This document shows positions 1 to 15,820 of a DNA stretch of 64,000 nucleotides, piece by piece; positions within the stretch are counted from its first letter, which is position 1; the number at the start of each line of letters is the position of its first letter. Below the pieces are notes generated by a model that was not told the DNA's origin, did not search any database, and saw nothing but the letters and a program-made list of their open reading frames with translations. The stretch is from the human T2T-CHM13v2.0 reference genome, Homo sapiens. The stretch lies in the NCBI RefSeq assembly GCF_009914755.1, contig NC_060933.1; one strand, 5' to 3'. The translations under genes and the position numbers were made by a program.

Positions 1-650
1 TGACTTGTTTTAATGTATTTTCTTATTTCCTCTTGTGATTTCTTCTTTAACCTATTGGTTAAGAGTATGTTATTTAATTTCCACATATTTTTGAGTTTTT
101 CAGTTTCTTTCTGTTATCAATTTCATATTTTATTCCATTATGGTTGAAAAATATACTGTTTATGATTTTAATCTTTTAAAATTTATTAAGACTTGTTTTG
201 TGGCATAGTATATGGCCTATCATGGAGAATGTTCCATGTGTACTTCAGAAGACTGGATATTCTGCTATTGCTGAGTGGAGTGTTTTATGTGTTCGTTATG
301 TCTAATTGGTTTATAGTGTTGTTCAAGTCTTCCATTTCCTTATTGATTTTCTATCTGGTTGTTCTATCCATTATTCAAAGTAGAGATATTAAAGTCTCCA
401 ACTATGACTGCAGAGCTGTCTCTTTCTTCAAGTTTGTCAATTTTTGCTTCATATATTTTGGGACTCTATTTTTAGATATGTATATGTTTATAATTATTAT
501 AAAATTTAATATTTATTAGTGGATTGACTATTTTATCAGTATATGATGTCCTTCTTTGTCTCCTGTAACCCTTTACTTAAAATCTGTTTTGACAATAATA
601 TATTAATAGCTATCTCAGCTCCCTTTAGCTCACTCTTTGCATGGGATATC
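1..650 (-). mobile_element. Old L1 (L1M) ORF2 5' fragment
   Basis: T-rich antisense L1 motifs (ttaatttccacatattt, ggagaatgttccatgtg). Confidence 0.75.
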
Positions 651-1013
651 TAGGTTAAAAGCATCTTCTTCTGTGAATCCTCACAATAGTCCATTAGCAA
701 AGTAGTAACCCAAACTTGTTTCTTACAACAGAAGTGACTGAATTCACAAGAGCCTGATGATGAATATAAGAACAAAAATCCTCTAACCTAATAAGGGAGG
801 GAATGCATCCCATAAATGAAGTACATCTAAAATGTTGTGGAGGGGCATCAACTCAACTATTTATTTATTCCTTAATCTTATAGCCCTGAGCACCTACTCA
901 ATGCCAAGCCCTGAGCTGGACATAGCATTTAATCACTCATGGCCTCTGCTTCCAGGACTTAAAGGATGATGCAGGCAAACAGAGCCATTTTAAGACATTC
1001 TTGAGCTACATCT

Positions 1014-1165
1014 AAGTTTCTTCACCTGTGAAAAAGGGATATTAGCAGCATAACTTCACAGAGGTGTTATAAACGTTAAATTAATTTAAAATATGTAAAG
1101 CGCTTAGAACAGTGCTTAGAGCATGTAAGCACCCAATAAATGTCACCTATGATCATTATTATTGT
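1014..1165 (+). mobile_element. MIR
   Basis: MIR core/3' motif atgtaaagcgcttagaacagtgc...caataaatgt. Confidence 0.75.
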
Positions 1166-1589
1166 CACCATGGGCCTTAATCACTCTTTCTTTTGTAAGC
1201 CTTATCCCACCAGTTAAAGTTAAATGTTTTTTCTGTAAAAGATAGGAGATTTCAGTAATTTTTTTAAATTTAGAATTATTTTCAATTTTACAGTTTTCTT
1301 TTTATGTTTGGGAATCAATATATTTTGGGCAAGCTCTTGAAAACTCCCAAGACTGTAACTCTGGTCTCCAGTGGCTAAAGTGGCCCTGCCCAGAGTGATC
1401 ATGTAGGGCCGCACAGGTGGTGCTTACTGCACAACTCCAAGGAAAACCAGTCTCATAGACTACAAACTGAATGCCCTCATCCCCATTCCCAGGGATGTGT
1501 AGTGCAGCATTCCTGGCCTTGTCGGTGAGTAAGTCAAAGACTACTACACAAAGCAATAAAGATCACTTCCAGTTGGGAAAAAGAGAAGG

Positions 1590-2110
1590 CTTTATGGAGG
1601 GATGGCATCTGATGAAGAGTGAAAGAGCCAGTCTGCAGAGATGCTCTGTGAAGGGCATTCCAGGCAGAAGGAACAGTAAAAGCAAAGCAAGGGGGCTACA
1701 GTTGGGGAAGAGCAGGTAGCTCTATTTGGTTGGAGTAAAGGATGTGTGAAAGGGGAAGAGGGAAGTAAGTCTGGAGAGAGGTAAAGAATCCAGATCATGG
1801 ACAGCTTTGAGTGGCAGGCTTACAGTTTGAATTTTGTTATGTAGGCAATGAGAAGTCATTGTACGTTTTTGAGAAGGGAGGTGTCATTATCAAGACTATG
1901 CTCAAAGAAGGTCCCTCTGGAAGCTAGTATGGGAGGTAGACTGGAGAGGGCAGAGACTGGGAGAAGGAGACCAGTAAGGAGATGATTGCAATAGTCTTGT
2001 AACTGACAGAAGGAATGGAGAGGAGAGACAAAATCAAGATGATGCTGGGGAGGTAGAGTGGACATGGAGCATTAGAATGGCCACCGGAATAAGTGTAGTG
2101 GACATAATTC
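1590..2110 (-). mobile_element. L2 fragment
   Basis: gggcattccaggcagaaggaacag...taggcaatgagaagtcattg...ggagaccagtaaggaga. Confidence 0.7.
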
Positions 2111-2402
2111 AAATTTCCAACCCATGTGACTCCTCTCCCTAATGTAGGATTGGGTTCACAGGCTGCAGCTCCATTCTCTTCCCCAGACCCTCTGATGACT
2201 GTTGCTTGGGGTAGAGGATTTGAAAAATAAGTCCCAGATTGTAGGATTCTAACCTATGTTGAAAGTGGTTGATTATATTGTTTTTGTGTCCGTGTTGTTT
2301 CTCATCCTGATGACTGGATTATATAACAGTTGGATGCTCAATTTTGTAAGAGGTTATTAACATATCACATAAAAAGAGGTGTGCATTTGTGAGGCCTTAA
2401 AA

Positions 2403-2932
2403 ATGTGGTTAGGGAAGTTCTGGCTACAGCAATTAGACAAGAGAAAGAAATAATGGGCATCCAAATTGGAAAGGAACAAGTCAAATTATCTTTGTTTACA
2501 GGTGCTATGATCTTATATTTTAAAAAACCCAAAGACTCTGCCAAAAAAGTATTAGAACTAATAAACAAATTCAGTGAAGTTGCAGGATACAAAATCAACA
2601 CACAAAAATCAGTAGCATTTCTATATGCCAAGAGTGAACATTCTGGAAAAGAAATAAAAAAGTAATCCCATTTACAATCACAACAAATAAAATAAAATCC
2701 ATATATGTTTTAGGATTGATTTTTCTATTTCTGTGAAGAGTGTCCTTGGTATCTTGATAGGGATTGCACTGAATATGTAGATCGCTTTAGGTACTATGAA
2801 CATTTTAACAATATTGATTCTTCCAATCCATGAACATGGAATATCTTTCCATTTTTTGTATCCTCTTCAATCTCTTTCATCCATGTTTTATAGTTTTTGT
2901 TGATGAGATCTTTCACTTATTTGGTTAAGTTA
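2403..2932. mobile_element. L1 ORF2 fragment with internal inversion (+ 2403-2697, - 2700-2932)
   Basis: Encodes EVLATAIRQEKEIMGIQIGKEQVKLSLF (RT region); the second part is the next L1 segment on the opposite strand. Confidence 0.8.
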
Positions 2933-3246
2933 AAGGACTTTTCTCAAGATCTCACAGATAGTAAAACATACAGACATTACTCAAGCCCAGGTGATCCATG
3001 CTGACCCCGAAGTTCAAGCTTTTAAACACTTTGTTACACTGCCTTCCAGCAAAATCAACTCTATAAGCATAGTGATATTCATGGAGAAATGAAAGCTGAA
3101 AGTTCAGGTGGTTGGGTAAGGGTTACAACATTAATAATATAATTCAACATTATTTGAATAGTAATATTTTAATATTTTTAAAAATAAGAAATAGGATGCC
3201 AATGGTAAGAGTTCCTAAGGACAACAGGGTAGAAAAATATCTGGAG

Positions 3247-3603
<357 letters not shown>

Positions 3604-3840
3604 TCACTGAGAGCTTGCTGATCTGATAAGAAAGCTCCTTTACCAGACAGAGGGGCATGACTTGTTCAGCTCAGTGGGACCAGCACAGGGCAGGCAAAAT
3701 CTTGGGAAATGCTTGGTGAATGAATGAATGAGTGAGTGAATGGGTGAGTGACCCTGAAGAGCTGCATAGGAGACTGCTAAGGCTACCTGTTGGGATAAGT
3801 GATGGCTGGTGCTTGGGACAGAGTGTATGAGTCCCAGGAG

Positions 3841-3878
3841 AGTGTGTATGTGTGTATGTGTTTGTGTGTGTGTGTGTA
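3841..3878 (+). repeat. Imperfect (TG)n microsatellite
   Basis: Seen directly. Confidence 0.85.
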
Positions 3879-4239
3879 GGTGGGACTTGGAAGGTGGGAG
3901 GAAGAGACAGGAGCCTTTGAGAAGCTGGTGAGGGAAATGTGAGGCGAAAGGCATGCAGAAAGAGAAGGTCAGAGAAGAGGGGGCTGGCAGAGGACTTCTG
4001 CCCTCACTGGCTTCATCCCAGCAGCTTAGACTTGTTTATTCCCTTAGCAGTTCTGAACCCTCACAGATAACATCATGTGGGTCTCTGCGGGAGGTCACCA
4101 TAAAGCCTGCACAGTTCAGCCATCCATCCTTGCTACTCCTGAGGATTCAGCTCATTCTACCCACTCATGTCTCAGGGTTCTGTCTTCCCTCGCTTTGCCT
4201 GAAAGGTTCAGGCTTCCTGCAGAGAACTCAGGTCTTGCT

Positions 4240-4765
4240 AGTTGCTTTACCCCCACTGTCTCATTTCATCCTCCCAGCAACCCTGCAGATGGGTTCTTCA
4301 GTGATTCCCATTTTTCAGATGAGGACCCTGAGACTTGGAGAAGGAAAGTAAATTGTCCACAATCACATACCTAGCAAGGGCTGAGTGAGGGATCTGCTGG
4401 ACTGGTTTCAAGTTCTAAATTTGCTAATGACTTTCTCACCTTCCACACTCATAAGGTGGGATTAGGATCCCTGCTGTCCTTCCCTGAAGGGGGGCTTTGA
4501 AGAGCCATTGAGATGATAGAAGTGAAACCACTTTGTCAATTAGGGAGATAAGAAATGGAGTGTGAAAAGATCCAACCTGGGTTCGAACCCCAGCCTCACT
4601 GCTCATTTCCTGGGTAACCATGATAAATTAATCTCTCTGGACTTTCATTTCCTTACCAACAAAAGGAGGTGATAATATGTATCAGGAGGATTTAATTAGA
4701 TATCAGATATGAGGCTCTTAGCACACTCTGTGACATAGGAAGCTCTACTAAATGGCAGCTCTTAA
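4240..4765. mobile_element. Two MIRs (- ~4240-4420, + ~4570-4765)
   Basis: cccatttttcagatgaggaccctgag; ctgggttcgaaccccagcctc... Confidence 0.65.
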
Positions 4766-6057
4766 TAACAGACTGTGAAGTCCAGGAGCTTACTAACTAC
4801 AGTATTTTTTTTTAACCAAAGGACAAGAAGACATAGAATCTAAGCCAGACTGATGTCAGTGAATGTGATTTACATGGAAATAAGAAAATTCTGAATAAAC
4901 AAAACTCGCCATACCAGGTGTGAAAAATAAGATCCTGAGGCACTGGTATTTTTAGCAGCCATTTTGCCTGTCATTCTTGTTTCATTTTCCTAACTCTCTG
5001 TGGGGATGAGTTTTTAAATAATTTAACTGCTAATCTTCAAACAAATTCTCATTCAAGGAGATTAACAAATGCCCTCCATTCATTTTTTCTTTCATTCATT
5101 TAGTAGGTATTTGTCCATTTAGCAGATATTTACTCAGTACCTGCTTTGGGCCAAGCACTGTGACAAGTGCTGGGGATATAGTGGCCGTTCCTGGCATCAA
5201 CAACTTCTAGTCTAGTCCAGAAAACAGACAAACCAATCACCAGGTACAGCTTCCTTGAAGAGGTGGCACATGAGGAGTCATCTGGTGAAAGGTAGGAGAG
5301 TGGGGTGAGGGCAGGTCAGGATCAGGTAAGAGTAAAGCAAGAGAGATATTTGGGGGAAGGGCAGGTAAGAAGGCATGGTGGGGAGAAGCCCAGAGAGATG
5401 GGAAAAGTCCTGATCAGGAAGGATGGCTCTGGAACTTTGTAGCAGATTGAACATCTGCTTGAGCTAGAAAAAGCAGGCAAGGGCAGGGAGTGGGGAAGAT
5501 TGATCACGGCCTCCCCAGAAGGGTTTCGTGTGGTTGTTTGTTTAGCTTTGTTTTTAGTTCTAGGATCTCAAATGGGCTAGATTCTGAACCTAGCTCCATG
5601 TTTAACCTGATGTTTGATCTTGGCAAGTCACCATCTCTCTCTAAGTCTCATTTTCATCAACTCTAGCTGAGGCTAAGAGAGGAAAGGGGAGGAATCCAAG
5701 ATTATAAACCTTGAACCCAGGGTCCTGGCTCAACACACTGGCGAGTACATGAAACAGATCTGTTCATATCTAATGCTGGGGGGAAAGAGTGCTTATCGAA
5801 TTGAGGATCTTTCAAAGGTAAACCGCATAAATAAAATAAATAGCATGAACATGAGTAAGTATGTGGCTAAGGTTAGTGTCTATGGCAGGATGTTATGGAG
5901 TCTAAGAATTAATAAATTCAAAATAAGAATAGATGCATTTGAGTAAGATTGGTATGTGAGGCCAACCTAACAAAATCACATACAGCCAGCATTTACCTCC
6001 TCTCACTCCAGAAAAGCCTGTCTTGCCCCTATTCTTTAAGATTATAAGGATATGGGC

Positions 6058-6745
<688 letters not shown>

Positions 6746-7008
6746 GAGCAAGCACAAAAAAATGAAGCAGTTGTCAACACTGATGTCTTTCAGTGAGACC
6801 AGCTATAGAATGATTGCTAGCCAACTCCTGTCCAAAACCTACCTGGAATTTGGCAATATCTACTACAGATTTAAAATATTAATGTCCTATGACCTAGCAA
6901 TTCCACTTCTGAGAATCTATTTTTTAAATAATGAAAGTTGCAAAGACTCCTGTACAAACATATTCATTGCCACATTATTTATAATAATAAAAATTAGAAA
7001 CAAATGTC

Positions 7009-7480
7009 TGTTTTAAGCTGGGTTTCCCCCAGAAGTTGACCCTGAGACAAGGTTATGGATGCAAGTAGTTTATTTTAGAAGTGACCCTAGGAAGCACCAG
7101 TAGGGGGATAAGGCAGTGGGTCAGGCAAGGAAAGAAACCCTGTAAAGGGTAAGTTATCAAGCCGGTTTCCACCATGGGCAACTGGGGCTCAGTCCCACAG
7201 GGGAACCCTCAGAGACACTGCAAATCATACCTCAGAATGACCCCACCTGACAAGTGAGGAAGCTGGAGTATTTACCCATCAACTCTATATCTGTCATCAT
7301 TTTCTGTGACTCCTGGGGGCATTAACTTCCTAGAACTTTCATTTTGTTCCACATGCAGGCTAAGTATACTCTCATAGATAGAAGAAAGTCCTCAGGAAAG
7401 TCATAGGTGTTCCCAGTAAGCAGCCTCCAGTGAATAGAGGTAAGTCCTATGTGACACAGCAGAGCACTGACAATGTTGAA
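7009..7480 (-). mobile_element. LTR16-like ERVL LTR
   Basis: gggtttcccccagaagttgaccctgagacaagg...gcaagtagtttatt, the reverse of an LTR16-type 3' end. Confidence 0.6.
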
Positions 7481-8974
7481 CATAGGATAAGTCGGTGAAA
7501 GACAAGATGATAGATGTTGAGGAAAAATAAGCATAAAGCCAATATACACTTATTTGGTGTTCCTTAAGAGATTAGAATAAATGAAGCACATGACAATATA
7601 AAAGCTAGAAAAGAGAACTTTTACAGAGACGGGAAAAAAACTGGTGTATGTGGGATTGAAAGGTTTAATCATGTGCTGTGCAAAATCAATAAAAGAGGCT
7701 CCATCTAAATATATTCTAGAAAACATTTAGAACTGAGAGCAATTTTTAAAATCCACACAGACAGAAAACTAAAGTTACCACAAAAAAACAAAACTCAATT
7801 TAACTTCAAACTTGTCTTTTGCAAAAGTAGCATGAAAGATAATAAAGTAACATTTACAAAGTTTTTGAGAGTAAGAAATGTTGCGTACCAATAACTTCAT
7901 ATAAAGACAAGTTGGCTTTTATATAGAAAGAAAACAGAGAAATTTGGGAGAGTAGTTCCACTCATTAAAAAAAAAGAAAGAGGATATAAAGCCTAAAGCA
8001 TTTCCAAAGATGAAGTTCTATTAAAAATGAATATCTCAGTCAGAAATGTACCACACAAAAAATGAGGTGGCAGATCAGAACTGCAAAAACTGTAGACTTA
8101 AGCTATTAGAACTATCTAAATAAAAATTTTAAATTGTATATACTATGTATCAGAAACTAAAAGAGTCTTGAAAATATGAACACAAGGCTATGACAATAAC
8201 TTAGCATTTATAGAATACTTCTCTCAACAATAGCAGAATATGTATTCTTCTCAAGCTCAAATGGAGCTTGAGAAGATAGACTAAGACAGACCACATTCTG
8301 GGCCATAAAACGCACCTTAATGCATTTAGAAGAATAGAAATCATGCCATTAATGTTCCCAGACCACAATAGAATTAAATTAGAAACCAGTAACAGGAAGT
8401 CCTAGCTAATGTGATAAGATAAGAAAAGGAAATAAAAGGTATACAGATTGGGAAGGAAGAAATAAAACTGTCTTTGTTCACAGATTACATGATTGTCCAT
8501 ATAGCAAATCCCAAAGAGCTGACCAAAAACAAAACAAAAACCTCCTGGAACTAATAGGTTGTAGGATACAAGGTTAATATACCAAAATCAATTGCTATCC
8601 TATAGACCAGTAACTAACAAATGGAATTTGAAATTTAAAATAATTCAATTGAAATTAAAATTTAAATTTAAAATATTTTATTAAAAAATTATAAAATAAT
8701 ACCAGTCATATTAGACTAAAAAAGAGATACTTAGGTATAAATCTAACAAAATATGTACAAGATCTATATGAAGAAAACTATAAAAATTTTATGAAAGAAA
8801 TCAAAGAATTAAAAATAAATGGATAGCTATAATCATGTTCATGATTAGGAGGACTTAATGTTGTTCAGATATCATTTCTTTCCAACTTGATCTATAGGTT
8901 CTACACAATACCAATCAAAATCCCAGCAAGTGATTTGTGGATATTGACAAATTGATTCTAAAGTGTATATGGCT

Positions 8975-9098
8975 GGCCAGGCATGGTGGCTCACCTTTGT
9001 AATTCCAGCACTTTGACTGGGGAGGATCATTTGAGGCCAGGAGTTCAAGACCAGCCTGGGGGAACATAGTGAGACCCCCATCTCTACCAAAGAAAAAA
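8975..9098 (+). mobile_element. Alu left monomer (FLAM/AluJ-like)
   Basis: Single arm with A-tail and degenerate TSD aaagt(g/t)tatatg. Confidence 0.8.
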
Positions 9099-10128
9099 AG
9101 TTTATATGATGAGGCAAACAACTCACAATAGCCAACACAATACTGGAGGACAACATAGTTAGGAAATTGACACTATTCAACTTCAAGGCTTACTATAAAG
9201 CTACAGCAATGAAGGCAACAGTGTGGCATTGGCAAGGGAATTTTAAAAGTCCCAGTAAAACATAATAGCATGAAAATAGGCCCATACAAATATAGTCAAC
9301 TGATCTTTGGCAAAGGAGCAAAAGCGATTCAATGGAGGCAGAACAATCTTGTCAAAAAGGGTACTGGAACAACTGGACATTTTTACATGCAAAAAAAAAT
9401 TAATCTACACACAGCCTTCATACCTATCACAAAAATTAACTCAAAAGAGAACATAAACCAAAATGTAAAATGAAAAACGATAAAACTCCTAGAAGATAAC
9501 ACAGGAGAAAATCTAGATGACCTTGGGTTTGGCAATGACTTTTTAGATACACCAAAGGCATGATCCATGAAAGAAAAAAAAATTTAAAGTTGGACATAAA
9601 AACAAATTCTATTCTGCATAAGATACTGTCAAGAGAATGAGAAGTCAAGCCATAGACTGAGAAAAGATATTTTCAAAGCATATATCTGATAAAGAACAGT
9701 TGTCCAAAATTACAAAGAACTCTTAAAACCTAACAATAAGAAAGCAACCCAATGTTTAAAATGGGCAAAAAAATCTGAACAAACACCTCACCAAGGAAAG
9801 TTATACAGATGACAAAGGATATCATACATCATTAGGGAATTGCAAATTAAAACAACAATAAGATACCACTTTACATCTATTAGAATGGCAAAAATCCAAA
9901 ATACTAACAACACCAAATGCTGGCAAGGATATAGAAGAAAAGGAACTTTCATTCATTGCTGGTGGAAATGCAAAATGGCACAGCCACTTTGAAACACAGT
10001 TTGGCAGTTTCTTACAAAACTAAACATACTCTTACCATATGATCCAGTAATTACTCAGATAACTTGAAAATGTATGTCTGTACAAAAGCCTGCACACAAA
10101 TGTTTATAGCAGCTTTATTCATAATTAC

Positions 10129-10515
10129 TGTTATGGTTTGAATATTTTTGCCCCTTCAAAATTCATGTTGAAACTGAATCCCCAATGCAACAGTATTATT
10201 AAGAGGTATAGCCTTTAGGAGGTGATTGAGTCATGAGGACTCCACCCTCATGAATGGGATTAGATACCCTTATAAAAGTGCTTGGCAGAGGGAATTTGCG
10301 CCTTTTTACACATCCGTCCATTCTGCCATGTGAGGACACAGCATTCCTCCCCTCTGGAGGATGCAGTAACAAAGCACCATGTTAGAAGCAGAGCGAGCAG
10401 TCCTCATCAGATACCAAGCTTGCCTTGATCATGGACTTCCCAGCCTTCCGAACCGTGAGAAATGAAAAAACCCAGTCTGTGGTATTTTTTGTCACAGCAC
10501 AAATGGATTAAGACA
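10129..10515 (-). mobile_element. MST-family MaLR solo LTR
   Basis: TG...CA ends (tgttatggtttg...taagaca) with a 5-bp TSD attac/attgc. Confidence 0.85.
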
Positions 10516-11265
10516 ATTGCCAAAGTGTGGAAGTAACTAAGATGTCCTTCAATAGCTGAGTGGATAAATAATTACATCCATACAGTGGAATATTATTCAG
10601 TGATAAAAAGAAACAAGCCATCAAGCCATGAAAACACATGGAGGATCCTTAAATCCATATCACTAGGTGAAAGAAACCAATCTGAAAAGGCTACCTACTG
10701 TGTGATTCCAATTATATGATATTCTGGAAAAGGCAAAACTATGGAGACAGTAAAAAGACCAGTGATTGCCGGGGGAACTAAGGTATGAATAAGTGGATCA
10801 CAGGGGATTTTAAGGCAGTGAAACTATTCTGTATTATACTATAATGATGGACACTTGCCATTATACATTTTTCAAAACCCATACACTATAAATAAAGAGA
10901 GTTAACCCTAATACAATCTACAGACTTTAGCTGGTAGCGATGTGTCAATGTTGGTTCATCAATTGTAACAAGTGCACCACACTAGTGGGGAAAGTTGATG
11001 GTCGTATGTGTGTTGAGGGGTGGGATTGCAGTATGTGAAAACTCTTCGCATTTTCTTCTCAGTTTTGCTATAAATCTAAGCTGCTCTAAAACAGTATATT
11101 AATTTTTTTAAAACTGACAAGAAAAAAACATAAAACCTAGTAGTCCTACAATTGTCACACACATTGAATTGTTTAAAAAATTTCCACAAAGGAATCAGCA
11201 AACCCAAAAGATTTTAATAGCAAAATCTTTCAAACACTTAAGAAAAAAAATCCTAATAGAAAATG

Positions 11266-11580
<315 letters not shown>

Positions 11581-11596
11581 AGAAAATGAGACTCAC

Positions 11597-11943
11597 TGCG
11601 GTCTGACTGTTTGTGTCCCCCTCAAAATTCATATATTGCTACCTAATCCCCAGTGCAATAGCATTAAGAGGGGAGGCCTTTGGGAGGCGAGAGCATTCAT
11701 GAATGGGATTAGCACCTTTATAAAAGAAGCCAAAAGGAGCTTGTTCACCCATTCTATCATATAAGGACACAGATAGAAGGTGCCATCTTAGAAGCAGAGA
11801 GAAGCCCTCACCAGACACTGAATGTGCTGTTGACTTGATCTTGGACTTCCCAGGCTCCAAAACTGTAAGCAATAAATTCACGTTGTTTGCAAATTGCCCA
11901 GTATCTGAGTTATTTTGTTACAGCAGCCCAAACAGACTAGACA
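11597..11943 (-). mobile_element. MaLR LTR (MST/MLT1A-like)
   Basis: tgtttgtgtccccctcaaaattc...ttgatcttggacttcc...cagcagcccaaacagactagaca. Confidence 0.8.
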
Positions 11944-13653
11944 GGACTATTCCCCAATTATTTCATGATGATACCATAAACTTGACACAAAACCTTGAAA
12001 ATAACATTAAAAGAAAGGATAATTGATTATGGATCAACCTTATTCATGAGCTGGATACCAAACTTGCAAACAAAATATGAGCAAATCAAATCCAATAATA
12101 TATAAAAATGATAGTATATCTTGCTCTAGATAAGGTATATCGCCAAAATACAAGGTGGTTTAACATTTTCAAAAATCAGATTAATATTAACAGGTTAAAG
12201 AATATGATTATCTCAATAAATGCAGAAATAGCATTTAAAAAATCAACATCCAATCTATGACATAATTCCCTAAAATCTAGGCACAGAGGGAAACTTCTTA
12301 ACTTGATAAGTGTATCCCCCCCAACCAAAAAAAAACTATGGCAAAATACTATATTTATTTGTGAAACATTAAAACATTATTTTTAGATAGAGATCAAAAC
12401 AAGGATGCCCAATATCATCACTTTAATTCATCATTGTATTGAAAGCAATAAAGCAAGAGAAAAGTTACATACATATTTGAAAGGAAAAAACAGAAGTGTC
12501 GTTACTCACAAATTATATAATTATATACACTCAAAACACAAAGAACTCTAGAATAAATTATTAGATTTTTTAAGAGAGTTTAACCAGTTGCCAAATAACC
12601 AGTTACAAAATTAATGTAAAAAGTTCAGTGCTGTTATATCCATCAGCAATAAACAAGTAGAAACTTCAATTTAAGAAGACCTAATATTTTCAATTTTATT
12701 TTTTAAAAAGACAAAGTGTTAGAAATAATTTCAATAAGATGCACAAGGCCTTTACTGAGAAAATAGAAAACTTTATTGATAGACATTAAGGAAAACCTAA
12801 ACAAATTATAAATAAAACATGTTCATGAATTGAAAGGCTCAATGTCATACAAAGTATTAGCCCAAGCCACTAATTTATGAGAAATACAGAAGATAAAAAC
12901 ATGTTGAACTACACCATAAAAATACAATTCAGAATATGGAAAACTCTATAAGACCAACAATCCAGCTTCTTCAACAAATAAATTCCAGAGAAAATAAAAG
13001 ATGGAGCAATACTTTATGTATTAAGTGAGATAAGACTACTGAAAGCCAACCCAAAACAAAATGTAGAAACAAAAACAAATAAATTCATGAAATGAATGAA
13101 TGAGTTGGAAATTTAAACCTTGACTTTTAACAAGTCATCAAGTTGCCCTTGATGATATTAAAGACTTATTGTTAATTTTTGGGGAGTACAACAACAGTAT
13201 TGGGGTTTTGATATCTTTTAGAGATATACACTGAAATATTTACAGATGAATTTAAATGACGTCTGGGATTTGTTTCAAAATAATATGAGCACAGGGGACG
13301 ATGGGGGCACAGATGGTACCAAATTGGACAGGATTGATGGCTGTTAGGGCTGGGTAATGAGTACAAAGGGATACATCATACTATTTGTTTTGTATATGCT
13401 TAAAATTCCAATTTTTTAAATTAAACATATATATCAAATATACATGTTATCCCTTACTCATTTATAGACTTCATATAATCCTAATCAGAATCCCAACAGA
13501 AGACAAAATAAATGTAACATATATGCTAATAGAATACTAAGCAACATTTTACATGATGCTCTTAAAAAATATTTAACTACATAGAAAGTCATTTATACAT
13601 ATTATTAAAGCAAATTATGAAGGATTATGTGTAGAAAACTTCCATTTATATAA

Positions 13654-14242
<589 letters not shown>

Positions 14243-14269
14243 TTATCTAGATTTACAAAGAGAAGCATA

Positions 14270-14470
14270 GAAAGATGGGTGGAGAATAGAAATGTGATAG
14301 AGATGTAATAGATATATGATTGATGGACAGATGAAAGATTTTTAATAGGTAGATAGATACGTAGGTGACACATGGATAGATGATAGATTTTTGAAACATG
14401 ATGGATGAGACAGAAATATGGATAGATAGATAGATAATAGGTAATTAAGTAGATAAACAGTAGACCTGAA
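14270..14470 (+). repeat. Degenerate (GATA/TAGA)n
   Basis: gatagatagatagata and variants. Confidence 0.75.
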
Positions 14471-15689
14471 GATCTGAAGGAAGGGAAGAGAAAAAAGAGG
14501 AAAAAGGGATGGGAAAAGAAGGAATGGAATTTGGAATGACAGGTCAGAAATGGCCCACAACTCAGACCCTCAATGGACAAAAGAAAATGAAACAAAAATG
14601 AATTTGGAAAAATAAAAGGTGAATAGGTACAGCTAATGCAATGAAATGTAAAAGTTGTCTGTTCTTTGATCTATTATTTTTATTTAGAATCTATACCCCC
14701 TACTCATTTCACAAAGATATCTGTGATGTCTTAAAAGTTAAAGAATGGGGAGTGACTGCTTAGTGGATAAGGGGTTACCTTTTGGGATGAGGAAAACATT
14801 CTGGAACTAGATAGTGGTGCAGATTGTGAGTGCACAATCGATTGCATGGCATTGTGAATTACTCGATGTCATTAATGGTAAATTTTATGTTACATGTTTT
14901 TTACCACAATAAAAAAAATATATCCAAGAAAGATGAATTTTAAACTAAGAGAACCAATTCAAAAGAGCAGAGGATGTTGCCAGACCATTGGGGTGAGTTA
15001 ATAATTACCACCAGCACTAAATTCCTTCCATGTCTCCTAGCAGCAAAGCAAAAGAAGAAATCTGGCAGATTATGGGGTTTTCTGTATATGTTCATGGACT
15101 CTTTGTGTAGCAAGATCTCTGTCTCCTTTCATTGTGCCCATTTCTTTATCTCATTGTATCACATGCTGATGATGGCAGGAGTGAAAGTGGGAGTCCTTCG
15201 GAAGGTTAGACCCAGTCAGGAAAGGAGGATTTGCGCCGGCTGGAAGAGGCAAGTCTGAGCTCAGCTCCCTCCCAGTGGAGTGATATCCACTCCCAGCCTG
15301 TCATCAAACGGCTCCTGAAGAATAGCAGGCCCTGCCGCTGCCTGGCCTTGGCCTCACCGGTGGGGCAGATGGCTGTTTGTTCAGTCTGAGCCTGGTAGAA
15401 TCAGCCCTGACACTGATGGCCCTGTCTGTATTATGGAAGAGGACCCGGCTTACCTGCCCGTAGACAAACAAAGCGGATGATTTGACAGGCAAAACAGAGC
15501 CAGCCTCCTGTCTCCCAGGCAGCTAAGGGGCTATTCAAACCCAAGACCTGGAAGATTTTCATAGGTGCTGACATACGAAGCCGGAATGCAGAAGGGACAA
15601 GACAGAACTGACACCTGTGCAGTCAGGCGTGGCCAGCCACTCTGGGTATCCACACTGCGCCTTCAGAAGCTTGGAGTAGGCTCCACCCA

Positions 15690-15820
15690 GGAGAGAGACA
15701 GGGAAGAAAAGGGGGAGGGGTGGGAGACAGAGAGGAAGGGGGAGGGGAGATAAGAGGGTAGAGGGAGAGAGAAGGGAGTAGAGGGATAGGGAAGAAGACA
15801 GAGAGGAAAAGAGAGAGATC
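15690..15820 (+). repeat. GA-rich polypurine low-complexity tract
   Basis: Seen directly. Confidence 0.85.
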
